A stretch of DNA of 64,000 nt from the human T2T-CHM13v2.0 reference genome, Homo sapiens. How positions within the stretch are numbered: position 1 is the first letter of the stretch; every line of letters starts with the position of its first letter. Both the position numbers and the translations under genes were made by a program. Shown here piece by piece: positions 33,001-48,769 of this stretch. The stretch lies in assembly GCF_009914755.1 (NCBI RefSeq), contig NC_060934.1; one strand, written 5' to 3'. The notes under the pieces are model-generated. The model had not been told where the DNA came from. It did not search any database and worked only from the letters and a program-made list of their open reading frames with translations.

Positions 33001-35390
33001 TAAATCTAAATATGAAAGAAAGAAGTCAAATTGTCCCTGTTTGCTGACAACATGATCTTATATAGAAATCCTACAGACTTCACCAAAAATCTGTTACAAC
33101 TAATAAACAAATACAGTAAAATTGCAAGAAACAAAGTCAACAAATAAATATCTGTAGCTCTTCCATACATAAACAACAAGTTACCCAAAAGCTCAATTAA
33201 GAGAACAATCTCCTTTACAATAGCTACCAAAACTACATAGAAATAAGTTTAAACAAGCAGGTAAAAATCTATACATTGAAAACTACAAAACGTTGATGAA
33301 AGAAATTGAAGAAGACAAATGAACGGAAAGATATCCCATGTTCATGGATTGAAAGAATTAATAGTATTAAAATGGCCATACTTTCCTAAGCTATCTACAG
33401 ATTCAATGCAATACCTATCAAAATTCCAATGTCATTTTATATAAAACAGAAAACATGATCCTAGTATTCACATGGAACCATGAAAAAGAGCCAACAAATA
33501 GCCAGAGCAATCATGAGCAAAAAGCGAGAGGTATTACACTGTTTACAAATTATACTACAAAACTTTGGTAATTAAAACAGCATGGTTTGGGGGAAAAAAG
33601 AAAATAGACACATCAAAAAAAAAATAGAGCAGAATAAAGAACCCAAAAATGAACTCACTCATGTATGGTCAATTGATTTTCAACAAAGGGGCCAAGAATA
33701 CAAAATGGGAAAAACATACTCCTTATAATCAACATTTTAAGGAAAACTGGATATATGCATGCAGGAGAATGAAACTGGATCCTCCTTATCTCACACCATA
33801 TTAAAACTAACTCAAAATGAATTAAAGACTTACAGGTAAGGCCAAAACCTATAAAAAGTACTAGGATAAAATGGGGGGAAAACTGCACAACATTGATCTG
33901 GGCAATAACTTTTTGGATTTGAACTAAAAAGTATGTGCATCAAAAGCAAAAATAGACAAACGAAATTACATGAAACCAAAAACTTTCTTCACAACAAAGG
34001 AAGCAGTTAACTGTGTGCAGAGATTGGGAGAAAGTATTTTCAAGCTATATATTGATAAAGTGTTAATATCCAAACTATGTAAAGAGATCAAACAGCTCAA
34101 TAGCAAGAAAATAAAAACCCAATTAAAAATTGGCAAAGGACTCATATAGATGCTTCTCAAAAGAAGATATACAAATGGTCAACTTAAATATGAAATAATG
34201 TTCAACTTCACCAATCATTGGAGAAATGTAAATTAAAAGTACAAGATATTATATCACATTTGTCAGAATGACTACTATAAAAAAAGACAGAAAACAAGCG
34301 ATAGTGGGAATGTGGGGAAAAGGGAACATTTGTACACTGTTGGTAGAAATGTACGGCCATTATAGAAGACTGTTTGGAGGTTCCCCATAAAACTAAAAAT
34401 AGAATTTGCCGTGTCACCCAGCAATCCCATTTATTGGTTTTGGCATTTTTATTTTGAGACAAAGTCTCACTCTGACACCCAGGCTGGAGTACAACAGCTC
34501 ATTCATGGCTCACTGCAGCCTTGACCTCCTGGGCTCAAGCAATCATCTCACCTCAGCCCCAAGTAGCTGGAACTATAGATGCATGCCACCATGTCTAGCT
34601 AATAAAAAAAAATTGCAGAGATGGGGTCCCATTATGTTCCCCAGGCTGATGTCAAATTCCAGGGCTCAAGCAATCCTCAGAACTCAGCCTCCCAAAGTGC
34701 TGGAATTACAGGAATGAGCCACCATGCCTGGCCCCCATTCATAGGTATTTCCCCCAAAAGATTTGAAAACAGTTGGTCAGAGAGATGTCTGCACTCCCAT
34801 GTTCATTGCAGCACTATTCACAATAGCTAAGTTATGGAATCAACCTAAGTGTACATTAACAGATGGATAAATAAAGAAAACATTGTATACATACATAGTG
34901 GAATATCACTCATCCTTTAAAAATAGGAAAATCCTGTCATTTTTGACAATGAAGATGGAAATGGAGAACATTACACTAAGTAATATAAGCCAGGCACCAA
35001 AAGACAAATACCTCATGTCCTCGCTTATATGTGGAATCCAAAACAATCAAGCTCATAGAAGTGGAGAGTAGAACAGTGGGTACAGAGGTTAAGGGTGTAG
35101 GGGAATGGGGAGATGATGATCTGGTACAAAACCTCAGAAGGAGTATGATTTTTTTAGATCTATTGCACAGTGTGGTGAATATAGTTAACAATAGAGTATT
35201 GCACATTTAAAATTGCTAAGAGAGTAAATTTCAATGTTCTCATCACAAAAAAACAATGTTGAGTATTTTAGGTGATGGATATGGTAACTAGCTTGACTTT
35301 ATTATTCCATATTGTATTCATAAATCATAACAGTACTTTGTTTCCCATAAATGTAAACGATTATAAATTGCCAGCTCACAATTTTAAAAA
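33001..35390 (+). mobile_element. L1MA5-7-like 3' half (RT to 3'UTR)
   Basis: Restarts at gaagtcaaattgtccctgtttgctgac (EVKLSLFAD) and ends in an L1MA-type 3'UTR. Confidence 0.85.
34446..34732 (-). mobile_element. AluJ inserted in L1
   Basis: gcagccttgacctcctgggctcaagc (J-type); degenerate TSD cccatttattggt/cccattcataggt. Confidence 0.9.
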
Positions 35391-35444
35391 CAAACCTCAT
35401 TTGAACATTCTGTTACATGTACTATTATTAAATTTTAATAAAGT

Positions 35445-36200
35445 TTGTGTTCATGTTATACATAGGCACTGTGATGGGTGAAGAATAAGACTCCATATCT
35501 GCCCTAAAAGACTTTCTGTTTAATATAAGACAGATAGATAGATACATTATTACAGTATCAGAGGCAATGTACAATTGTAGAGTTTTACAAGACACAAAAC
35601 TATTTACAACGAAATCAATGATTAGTTTTATCACAGGCAGGGAAAGCAAGATATGGAATAAGTTAACAGAACTTTGTCAGGAACACGGGACCAAAGTCTG
35701 TGCAGATACACAAAGATGCATGAAAAGCATAAAACATTTAGGGAACCAGAAAGGATTAGGGACACTGCTGGAGTGTCCAGGTTGTAGGTGAGCCTAAAAA
35801 GAGATTAAGCTAAAAAAGCAGATGGGAAAGGAATCAAAGTCTTTCCAAAGAGTTTAGACTTAATCCTGCAAGTTTGAGGAATTTGTGAAGGATTTTAAGT
35901 AGGATATTGGTTTGTAAAGGTTTAGAGTTATGGATAATCACTTCAACTGCTGTATGCAAAAGGGGTTGGAAGAAACCAATGTTAGGGGCAGGGAGGCTAA
36001 TTAGGAATCTAGGGGAGCCAACTGGTACCATGGACTTGAATAACACAATGGCTATCAAGGGGGAGAGCAAACAGTAAACTACAAACACTTGAGGCCAAGA
36101 ACTTGATTTTATTCATTTCTATACTCCAAATACTAAGAAAAGTGTCTGGTATAGCATAGACTATCAATAGAATTTGTTGGATGAATTAATGAATGAGTGA
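35445..36200. mobile_element. L2 fragments (minus, then a plus-strand tail)
   Basis: gagtttagacttaatcctgc...ggattttaagtagg; gtgtctggtatagc...gaattaatgaatga. Confidence 0.65.
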
Positions 36201-36308
36201 TTTGTTGTTTGACTACATGCCCTAGATAAGAAATTAGAAATCTAGATTGGATTATACAGGTGAAGTAATAGTTGAAACTCAAGATTGGGGTGAGGAATGG
36301 ATATATAT

Positions 36309-36660
36309 ACAGTACCCCCCACCCCTTATCCTTAGTTTTGCTTTCACAGTGTCAGTCACCCATAGTCAACTGTGGCCCCAAAATATGTGCATACAGTACA
36401 ATAAGATATTTTGAGACAGACAAAGGGAGTGTGTGTGTGTGTGTGTATTCACATAACTTTTATTTCAGTATATTGTTATAATTGTCCTATTTCATTATTG
36501 TTGTTATTAATCTTTTACAGTGCCTAATTTATAAATTAAACTTTATCATAGGTATGTATGTATAGGAAAAAGCAGTATTTGTAGGGTTTGGTACCATGTT
36601 AGCAATAAACTGGGGGGTTTTGGGCAGTTGTTTCGAGAAAATCTGCTTTTGGATAAAGGA
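36309..36660. mobile_element. MER2 (TcMar-Tigger) MITE
   Basis: cagtaccccc...cttatcc start; gtgcctaatttataaattaaactttatcataggtatgtatgtatagg. Confidence 0.8.
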
Positions 36661-36948
36661 AATGGAGCTCAGGTGCAGTGCAGAGAGAACCAGCAAGTAG
36701 AGTTGCTAACAGCATGTTCTGGCAACATCAAGGTTGAGGGGTCTTTTGCTCTGGAGCCCAGCTGAATGCCTGCTCTTTCCTCTTCCTGATTATTCGACCC
36801 TTCTATTGGTAAATTCTACTTTTTGCTTAAGGTAGTTCAAGATCGGTTACCAAAACAATCCATAATTAATATACATTTGTTTCTTATGCACCCAGACCAA
36901 GAAAGGAACTCAATGTTTATCTACATTATAAAACTAATTTTATAAGTG

Positions 36949-37450
<502 letters not shown>

Positions 37451-38639
37451 AGTCATAAAGGCAATTATTGGGAATTAAGAAGTCCCAATAATTTCCATGG
37501 ATTATTTTTCTCTGCTGGATTACATTAAATATTGAAAATCTATGATGAAGTCTTCTGGAAAGGCCAATGTGTTAATTCACAAGAGCCCATGAAGTTACAT
37601 AAAAATGATAGTGATTTAAAATAGATGATACAAATGATAGGTAAATTGCATTTAAAAAATTATTAACTCTGCTTCAAGCTATAATTTTACATCTACTAAA
37701 TTGCAAAACAGAACAAAATACTGCACAAGCACAGACAGTGTTATGGTGAAATGATGCCCTCATACATTGCTCGTAGCTGTAGAAAATGCTAAAAGCTTTT
37801 TGGAGAGCAATTTGGAAAAACATTTCAATAGCCATTAAATGTTCACATCCTTTGACTCATGTAATTTTACTCCTGGAAAAAATAACCTTAGGAAATAATC
37901 CAAAACAGTATTCATCAAGATGTTTACTAAAGCTATATTTATAACAAGACAAATTGGACACCTCCAAAATGTGCAAAAATCAAGATCTGTCTAAGCATGA
38001 ATTTGTGGGTTTGTTAATTCATTTGATGAACAAATAATGAAATACCTACCATGTGCCAGACACTATGATAGACACAGAGGTTTACAAAGGTAAACAAGGT
38101 CAACACATAAGCCTGTCCTGTGTAAATGTTGTATGTCCATGTAAATTAGGAAAACATGAACATAAACAATAATTTTTATACTCTTATTTATAGCTATTTT
38201 TATTCCACAATGAATATGAAGAGGCTTACAACATGATAGAGTAGAATAAACAAATGCATGACCAGGAAGAATGCACATTTTGAAAGAAAATCAATTTCAG
38301 GTAGAAAGAGTAGAGCTCTAAAAAATCCGTTTTGGTTAATAAGAGCTCAAATTTGGTTCTGAGCTTCCAAGCAAGCAAAAGAAAAAAGAAACATTATTAG
38401 TGACTGATTTATCTTATTAATGAAGAGGTAATACAAAAGTTCCTCAGGAGAAAGAAATGAGTCCTTACATTTTGTTCTAAAAGATATCTCTCTTTTTGTA
38501 AATGGCCAATAGGTGATACTACTTGCATCTCTTAGGGGTTTTGGAAGATGTAGAAACAAAATGGTTCAGGCACATGAAAATGTATGTAGAATTATGTAAT
38601 GAGTATATATATGTGTATATCCCACATGTGGCCTAAAAA

Positions 38640-39130
38640 TGAAAAACGTTATAATTAAAGCCCTTTTGTACCTTTCTACAATTTTATTTCTTGGTGTCTC
38701 TACCCAGAATTAATCATTTTCCTAAATTTGGTGTCTCTCATTTTTATTCAGCTCCATTCATATGTATACATTCATTCAAACAGATAGCATTGTTTTCATG
38801 AAATACATAGCGTTTCCATAAATGAAGTGTGTGGGGCCTCTAGCTCCTTCAGTTTGTATTGCTGAATAATATTTTATTTTATAAATATGCACAATTTGTC
38901 CTCCTGTTGATGGACATTTAGATTATTTCCATTTTTTGCTATTACCAAGCTGCAACAAACTTTCTCATAAATATCTTCTTGTGATACATGAGAATGCTTC
39001 CCTAGCCCTTTATCTAGAGTGAAATCACTGGCTAGAGGGTATGTGCATGTTCATCTTGGTTTGATATTGCCACATGGCTCTCTGAATTGATCATACCAAT
39101 TGAACAACAATGTTCTGCTGACCACCACTT
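38640..39130 (-). mobile_element. L1ME-like 3' fragment
   Basis: ctcctgttgatggacatttagattatttcc...gctattac. Confidence 0.6.
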
Positions 39131-40761
39131 CCCTCCTTCTACAAGTTTCTACTTGTAGAAGTTTCTGTTGTAGGAACTTGTAGGGACAAGAGTAAGATTT
39201 ATACTTAAAACTTACCCTTGGCGTAAGCATCTGATGACATCTGAGGCAGAGGAGCAGAAACACAATTGGAGCAAAGGTGTAGGTCTTCTACTGACTCCTG
39301 AGTCTCAATCCTGAATTCTCTCAGACACATTGTAGAGAGAGCTAGTTTGCAGGATGGCGCCTGAACCCACAGGGCCTGGAAGAGAAGTCCAAGCCTTGAA
39401 AACAAAACCTCTCAACTTACCTACCCTATACTCACATGTAGAAGATGGAAGAGTAAGAGACAGCATGCAAGGGAGCATGCATGGGAGCCACCTCTGGCGT
39501 ATGCGGCCCGACAGATGATCAGAAGAGAAGAAACTGCTCCTCCCTGAAGGACAGCTAGCACATGAGGTGTTGGGAAGAATATTGGAAAACTAGACAAGAC
39601 AGGGCTTCTATGTGACCGTAGTTAATTTTGCTACCCCACTGATATTTCAACAATGAACATTTTTTAAAGTTTTCTTTAAACCATGGTACTGGTGGACATG
39701 TTCATGTCTTTCTCCTTCATGAAATTATAAAAATCATCATGGTGGAAGGGACTGGCTGGGACATTCAGCAGGGGTGCATGCCATGCACAGACAGCTGAAG
39801 TTTCCACTCTAGGAAGTTCCCTTTTTAAAGTTATGGTGAAGAGTGGAATTAATGTTTAGTGTAACCCTCCTGATAATCTTGGAATACCCCGAAGGTCATT
39901 TCATCTAATTTTTCAAACTGTAAATGACTTGGCTAATTTTAGGATTATTGGTTTATGTCCCCCTTCTTTAGTAGTTGCCAGTATTCAAACAATCTCTCCT
40001 TATCCATGAACTTATTATCTGCAATGTCATTTCTGCTGTAATAAGAACTTTAAAAATTTTTCAGACAGCTGTGTGTAATTATAAAGGAAGAACATTTGTA
40101 TACAAGGGCTTTTTACTTTGCTTCCTGCCCATTTCTGACCACTACAGATGACCTAACAGGCTCTCTTTTTTCTTTCTTTTTTCTTAAGATATTAGAGAGA
40201 AAGGAGATATGGTAATTGCCCAAAATCATCATATTAATAAATACCAAATAGCCATTACAAAATACATTTCCTATTCCTCACACTTTCCAACTCCAGTGGC
40301 AGAAACAATCAATAGACAACAAGGAATTTAAAGTGGTCTGAGGCTGAGAGGGTTATGTTGGTCCTTGCCTGATATGCCCTCTCTCAATGTCATACAAAGG
40401 ATGATGAACACCTAGCCAAGTATTACTTACTGTTGAGAAACCCCTGAAACTTCCTTTAAAAAAGTATTCTGCCAGCCCCTTCCTTTTTGTGAGGGAAACA
40501 TTGCTTATTTTGTATTCATACCTGCTGCTTTTTTATTTCAAAAAGATTAATCTGACTCCCAGCAGCCTGATACTCCCATCTGGATTTTGCTGAAGATCAT
40601 AGGAAGAGTTTCTTTATGTGAATTCACAGCCACCTACCTTCAGTCTCCATGTTATGGGAGAGAATAAACAGCTTTCATTCAATCGTATTGGAATTTCTAT
40701 TCCTTGTAACACAAACACAAATCAACCTCCAGGTATACACCCTCTTATAGTGACTCAGTGA

Positions 40762-41113
<352 letters not shown>

Positions 41114-41565
41114 TGCCCTCTGTTTTTTTAATGGCCGCCACAACTAAAGCTCAAGCTCAATCACTTCATGACTTGTTTGCTGATGTAGCTGCCAAGGGTA
41201 TTCACCAGATTAATCTTTTATCAAACCCCGCTGTAATCATTTCTTTCCCATAATCAAAAGTCTTTATTAGCTCCTCACTAGTTCAAGTCTAAAAATACAG
41301 CCTATTTAGGGCACTTAGCAGCGTTCCCTAAATGCCTTTCCACTCCATTTTCTCCCATCCTTACTGGTGTAGTCCTTCAGCCCACACCTAACAATTTAGT
41401 CAGGGTTTCCAGGACACATATTGCTCATTTCCACCTTTGTACATTTCCTCATACTCTCTCACCAATTTAGAAGACATGAATTGACCAGGGGCTAGATATA
41501 GTTCTAGGTATGGAGAGGACAAAGATGAATAGATCAAAGTTCCTGCCTCTTCCTCTATAGCCATC

Positions 41566-42125
<560 letters not shown>

Positions 42126-42564
42126 ATCTGTTTTTTCAACATTATCCCTAATTTTTAGCAAAAACCCTTGAGTAATAAGGATTGTTTTACAATCTTTCAT
42201 GTGTTTTATTAAATCTTTTTATTTTCTATTCCCAAGTTCTTGGTTTCCAAGCATTTTTTTAAACATGAGCATTAATACTTACACCAGCACTACCATGCAA
42301 TGAACACTTAGCTTTGTTACAGAAAAACATTTTAGATTATTTTAATAGAGAGTGTTAAAATAATAGCTCGAGAGTCATCAAAATCATATGTACATAAACA
42401 GTAGTAAGCAATTCTAAGAAAGAACATTGGTTATTTCTACATAACCAGCTAAAGTGATACCAACATTTCCTCTCGACAGAAACACAATTTACAGTTTGCC
42501 CAGAGAGCCAATTGTGAAATTTGTAAACATTTTTTTAATTTGGAGGGAAAAATATAAGTGTTAT

Positions 42565-42725
42565 GTGGGGTGGGAGGAGGGGAGAGGTATAGCATTAGGA
42601 GATATACCTAATGTTAAATGACGAGTTAATGGGTGCAGCACACCAACATGGCACATGTATACATATGTAACTAACCTGCACGTTGTGCACATGTACCCTA
42701 AAACTTAAAGTATAATAAAAAAAAA
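42565..42725 (+). mobile_element. Short 5'-truncated L1PA4-like 3' end
   Basis: gcattaggagatatacctaatgttaaatgacgagttaatgggtgcagcacacc...cttaaagtataataaaa. Confidence 0.93.
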
Positions 42726-43238
42726 TTTTTTTGAATTGCTCAATTCCAAATTAATATACAATGTGACCACATTTATTGTCTTTACCACGCATTTGACCCT
42801 TGTAATACAAGGCCTTGATTATTTTAGCTGCCCAATCTCCTTAGCTATACTAGAAGCTTCCTTAAATCTTGTATCTTTCTTCCCTCCACAGCTGCTTCTC
42901 CCCTCCCCACTTCCAGCATACTAGAATGCTCTGTTTAGGTATTTTCTTCAGAAACTATTAAATTTATTGAAGACTACCTGTTTGAAGCTCTGTAAATAAT
43001 CACTTACCCTAAAATTATAATTTATGTTACAGTAAAATTAAGTTTTCTTATTTCACTCTTGCACTTTCAAGAATGAAAAGAGGGAACAATAGATCAATGT
43101 CAACTCACAAGCATCTCAATTTATATGACTCTGGTACTTTAATTTGGAAGATTTGTAAATAATACCCAGTATTAGTTCCCCAGAGTTCTTACCTTTTTTT
43201 GGCCTGAAAAATCAAGTTCATAAAAAGCTGAAACTCCT

Positions 43239-43609
<371 letters not shown>

Positions 43610-44519
43610 TTAACTGATTCTATTTCTTCCAGGACACAGCATGGAATTAATTTTTGTAAATGGAAATATAAGCTTTGTCTTAAATTAAAATTTCCCTCAA
43701 AATCTTTGCTTAATAGGTCTCAGAAGAAGTAGCAAGTTTCCATGTAGCAAAATGGAATGACATTTTAATTCACAAGTGTGATTCTTCAAAGAGAATGGAC
43801 TCATCTAGTAATGATTTGCAGGTGGAACTTCAAAATACTAGTGCAAAGTAGAAGAGGATAGTTGTTATTAGTCTTTTAAATTCTACCCCAATGAAGCATT
43901 CAGAGGTAGCATATCATTCTCACAGCAGAATATTTTTGATCAATAAAACTGGTACAAATAAGATTATAGAAATACTTAGGTACTAAATTATGGCCTTTGG
44001 TATTCAGTCTGGAGTTCAACTCCAAAGGTCAAATTTTTTTTATCTGATTTTGTTGATTTTGTTGTTATCTTAATTGATTTTTATCTGATTCTGTTAACTA
44101 GGTGGCATAAAGTGAACATGGGCAAAGGAATCCAGTTACTGAGTTGCTTGGACATTTTGATTTTTAAAACTATTATTAGTCCACCTAACTAGGAAAATGA
44201 AAATAGACTAAAAGAGGCTACTTTGGGGTACTATAGTTCTCAGATACAAAGTTTTTTGTTTGTTCCTTTGTTTGCTTGTTTTTAATCATGCAGCCAAAAA
44301 CAAATTGTTCTTCTTTGAACAACTTTTAGGAGATGGAATTCTTAAATTTTGGATTATGAGAGGTTAAACGAGTGAATTTTCACTTCCTTAATCCTAATGG
44401 CTAAAATAGCTTCAAAGAAGATTATGGAGGAAAAAATACTAACCTTTGAACGAGGCCATTATGACAACTTTTGAAACAATAATATTTAACTTTTATTTGG
44501 CTTTTATAACATTTCAAGC

Positions 44520-44720
44520 ACTTTTATATGTATCACCTCATTAAACCCAAACAATAACTGATGAAGTACATAATATTGTTATTATCCCCCCTTTTGGCTA
44601 TATGGAAACAAAAGTAGAGAGATTAAATAACTTGAATGGCATCACATAACTGAGAATGGAAGAGCCAAGATGTGAACCTTGGCTTTCTGCCTCCGGAGCC
44701 TGAGCACATAATTCCAGTAT
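44520..44720 (-). mobile_element. MIR
   Basis: gagagattaaataacttgaatggcatcacataac...gagccaagatgtgaacc. Confidence 0.7.
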
Positions 44721-45371
44721 CACAGTTGTGTGAGGATCAAGAGGACACAACTAGAACTGCTTGTCCAGTGATCATATCTCACCATCCTCTCAGATTTTGA
44801 GTTTTGTATTAACGTTTCCATAAAGACGTTATTTGTTCCAAAACAGTCACAGTTATATTGTCATTGTGAACTGTGCTGTTTATCTTTATAAACTCATCTT
44901 CTCTATGCCATTAAATGCTTTTATCCTCATGTTAATCATGGTATGCCTGCTTTCCTTTGTTTGTACAGTTGTCAGATGCTTCTTTGACTATTCTTTAACA
45001 ATCAGTCTTTCTGAGTCGGTTTATTTACGTGTATGGAAGGAAAACTGACACATTGCTGTCAGACAGAAGGATAGATGGATTCCTCAGGTTCTACTGATAA
45101 AAGGCTTTGATGAAGGTAAAAGGTAACAATACAGCAGCAGAAATAAAGCCAGGTAAATATCAGGGAGAAATGAGATTTCTAGGCACAAATTCCTGTGTCC
45201 TTTCTATTTCATAGGATATGCTTTTTCCTTAGGTCCTTACCACAAAGTTACATGCAAGATACTTGGTCTCCGAAGAACCACTTTTCAAAGAGGAGTTCTT
45301 CACACTTCTTGGTTACATAGTCAAAACCAGGCTATTAGAAATATAAACCACGTGCAAATATCTCTATGTAG

Positions 45372-45666
<295 letters not shown>

Positions 45667-46015
45667 TCTACCTTAGCATTGCTTTTTCTAAAAGCAATGC
45701 TAACAAGCTGGGATAGGTTGCCCCTATATGTCTTGGCTACTAGCACAGGAAAATAGTACATTTCACTTGTGTTAGCCAAGGGTTAGCACCATGGTTTTAG
45801 GCATCTCCAGAAATGAGCACAGGTGAGATTAAGCCAGTACTGACGTAGTCGAACCCCTGACCCTTGGTCAAGCTTTTGAAATTAAAAACTGCTCCATCAT
45901 TTTTCTTTCTGCATCTTTCCCCACCGTTTATAAACCACAAAAAGCAGAATGACAAACGCCCTCTGCTTTTACATTTAATCATTTGTATCATCCAGTGAGA
46001 TTTTGGACTGCTTTA

Positions 46016-46303
46016 TTTGCTTATTTATTTACTTGTTGAGACAGGTTCTCAGTCTGTTCGTGGCTGGAGTACGGTGGCACAATCTCAGCTCACTGCAGCC
46101 TCAACTTCCTTGGGCTCAGTGATACTCCCTCCTCAGCCTCCCGAGTAGCTGGGACTACAGGCACATGCCACCACATGTGGCCAATTTTTGTATTTCTTGT
46201 AGAGACCGGGCTTTGCCATGTTGCTCAGGCTGGTCTGAAACTCCTGGGCTCAAGTGATCCACTTGCCTCAGCCTCCCGAAGTCCTGGGACTACAGGCTTG
46301 AGA
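46016..46303 (-). mobile_element. AluJ, slightly 5'-truncated
   Basis: J diagnostics; TSD ggactgcttta (46005-46015/46304-46314). Confidence 0.9.
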
Positions 46304-47169
46304 GGACTGCTTTAAATAACAGATTATTTTGCCAAAAAATCTCACACAGACATTATTAATCATGCACAAGTCTAACAACTCTCTTATCTCCATCCACTAC
46401 TGAAACTTGAACTTTATAAAAGGTGTCAATAGATTGATTTAAAGTAAGAATTGATTACTAATAAAATCTGGTTCTTTTTCTGGCCAATGATTTTCATCAG
46501 AAAAGTGTCTTGGAGTTTTAATTTATTCTGCCAATTTGTTTGATCATTGCTGTCAGTACTACCACAGGTTTGAATCAAATTTTTTCAGATATGAATAACG
46601 TGACATGTGTTTTGCTTTGGTTTGCAGTTGACAGATATATTTTTGCTATTCTTTTGCAATCAATCTTTCTGAATCACTTTAGCTGTGTGGAAGCAATACT
46701 GACACATTGCCCTGCTGTCATTATAAATATGTGCATCATGACACACCTTCTTCAGAAAGGAAAAAAAAAAACGCTCTGCACTGAAATAAACCAAAAATAA
46801 CAGGTCAGCTTGTCAAGTTCTGGTCCCTGAAATGAATGAAACATTGAACATTTCCTGTTCAAGGAAGCAATTTCATTCTTGGCTTTTACAATGATAATGT
46901 CTGAAGAAATGCCCTGGTCTTTGTGGCTATAATAATTTTGAAAACTTTCTGGTTTTTTTTTCAACATGTTCAGGTAGTTATAAATTAGTAATCTTTGAGA
47001 TCTTGGAATTTTTTCTTTAAATGTGTACTGTGTTTTTAATTGGTGAGACAGTACTTCTGATGCCTGACTCCCTTGCACCTCTTTGCAAGCAACATTCTTT
47101 TTTGTAAAATGCTGTTGAGGCTGTTTTCCCTTGACAAACATGCCTCTTATGGATCTTGTATATAATATT

Positions 47170-47191
47170 CTTTTTTGTTTATTTGGTTAGT

Positions 47192-47235
<44 letters not shown>

Positions 47236-47547
47236 GATGTGTTTTGAAAGAGTCTCCCTCTGTCACCCAGACTAGAGTGCAGTGGCGTGACCTCGGCTCA
47301 CTGCACTGAAACCTCCGCCTCCTGGGTTCAAGGGATTCTCCTGCCTCAGTCTCCTGAGTAGCTGGGACTACAGGCACCAGCCACCATGCCCTACTTTTTT
47401 TTTTTTTTTTGGATTTTTTTAGTAGAGACAGGGTTTTGCCATGTTTTGTTCTGTCCCAGGCTGTCTCGAACCCTGAACCTCAAGTGATCCGCCTGCCTTG
47501 GCCTCCCAAAGTGTTGGAATTATAGGCGTGAGCCACTGCGCCCAGCC
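47170..47547 (-). mobile_element. AluS with (TG)n in its tail
   Basis: Alu dimer; (TG)n at ~47195-47233. Confidence 0.92.
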
Positions 47548-47759
47548 AGAACACTTTTTATAAATGATTTTTAGACCATTTATTTATCCTTGGCTTCTCT
47601 TTGATAAAAAATTGGATTTTTTCTTTTTGTGTAGGAAAAAATGAAAGAGCTATGCTTTTTCCTGCTGTCATACCTCCTAAATTCCTGCTATGAAGGAATA
47701 GAAATTTAAGAAGTGGGATGTTTATAGCCTTATAGGGCTACTTACTGTAATCCCTGCCC

Positions 47760-48410
47760 TCTTCACTTATTTAACACCTATTATGTGGCTGGCATACTTT
47801 TAGGCGTTGGGAATACACCCATTAACTTAAATAAATAGTCTGTAATCTTGTTCTTCCATTCATTTGAAAAGAGCTAGGCAATAAAGGAATAAATATGTGG
47901 TAATTTAGATTAAGTGCCTTGAAAAAAAAAGCATAAAAAGGGAATAGAGGGTCAAGGTGGCAAGGTATGTTTGTGATGTCTCTAATAAAGAGACACAAAT
48001 GATGTAAGGAGGTGATCTCTAGAGATACCTGCGGAGAAAATGTTTCTAGAAGAAGTAGCAGCAAGTACAGAAGTCATAAAGCAGGAGCTTGCTCAGGCAG
48101 TAAGTAGGACTAGAGAAAGCAAAAGAGACAGTGGTGGGAGAGGGGATCAGAAAGATGGGGTTGGTGTGGTGTAGATTTTTTAAGCGGCATGGCCCTGAAC
48201 ATTTATTCCAAGATGGAAAGCCTTTGATAGTTTGGAGGTGAGAAATGACAGGATCTTACATTTAAAAGGAACACTGGATGCTGTGTGGAGAGTAGTCTGC
48301 CACAAAGCAGGAACCCTAGTCAGGGGACCAGCTGGGAGGCTGTGGCAATAATCCAAGTAAGAGATGATGGTAACAATGGAAGTGGGGATAATTCATTAGA
48401 TTCTGGACTT
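47760..48410 (-). mobile_element. L2
   Basis: tttaaaaggaacactggatgctgtgtggag...ggaggctgtggcaataatccaagtaagagatgatgg. Confidence 0.75.
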
Positions 48411-48769
48411 TCAATTTTTTCTTCTTTTCAATGAGAGCCTATGATGGAAAAAGTGGCTCCTATAATCTGGTTGGGACAAGGAAGACAGATGATTAAGAGA
48501 AAACAAAAAAAAAATCTTTAAAGAAGCTTATGCAGGCGGTGGTGGTTGTCCTCTCTTCCTCTATATGTCTAATTACTGAAAACATAAGAGCTTAGCTCCT
48601 GAACTATCACAAGGATATCGGTGGGGTCAGAAAGTGGAAAGATCAAACAAACTAGACCAGGTGGCTTCCACATATGAGACTCTATTGAGAAATTGTATTA
48701 ACTAAAAAGGAAGAGGTAAAAATATCTGTTTAGGTGAGTAAATACCCCCATACTACTCCTAATAATAAT

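Noticed and set aside
37463-37493. 11-bp perfect hairpin AATTATTGGGA/TCCCAATAATT (and smaller ones at ~39774, ~41305, ~44010)
   Set aside because: Short, isolated and without supporting context; too weak to call functional.
39160-39620. Possible LTR remnant (also 45050-45800)
   Set aside because: LTR-like in texture, but I cannot assign a family or boundaries with support.
46752-47141. 129-aa minus-strand ORF
   Set aside because: No recognisable domain or exon structure; consistent with chance in AT-rich DNA.
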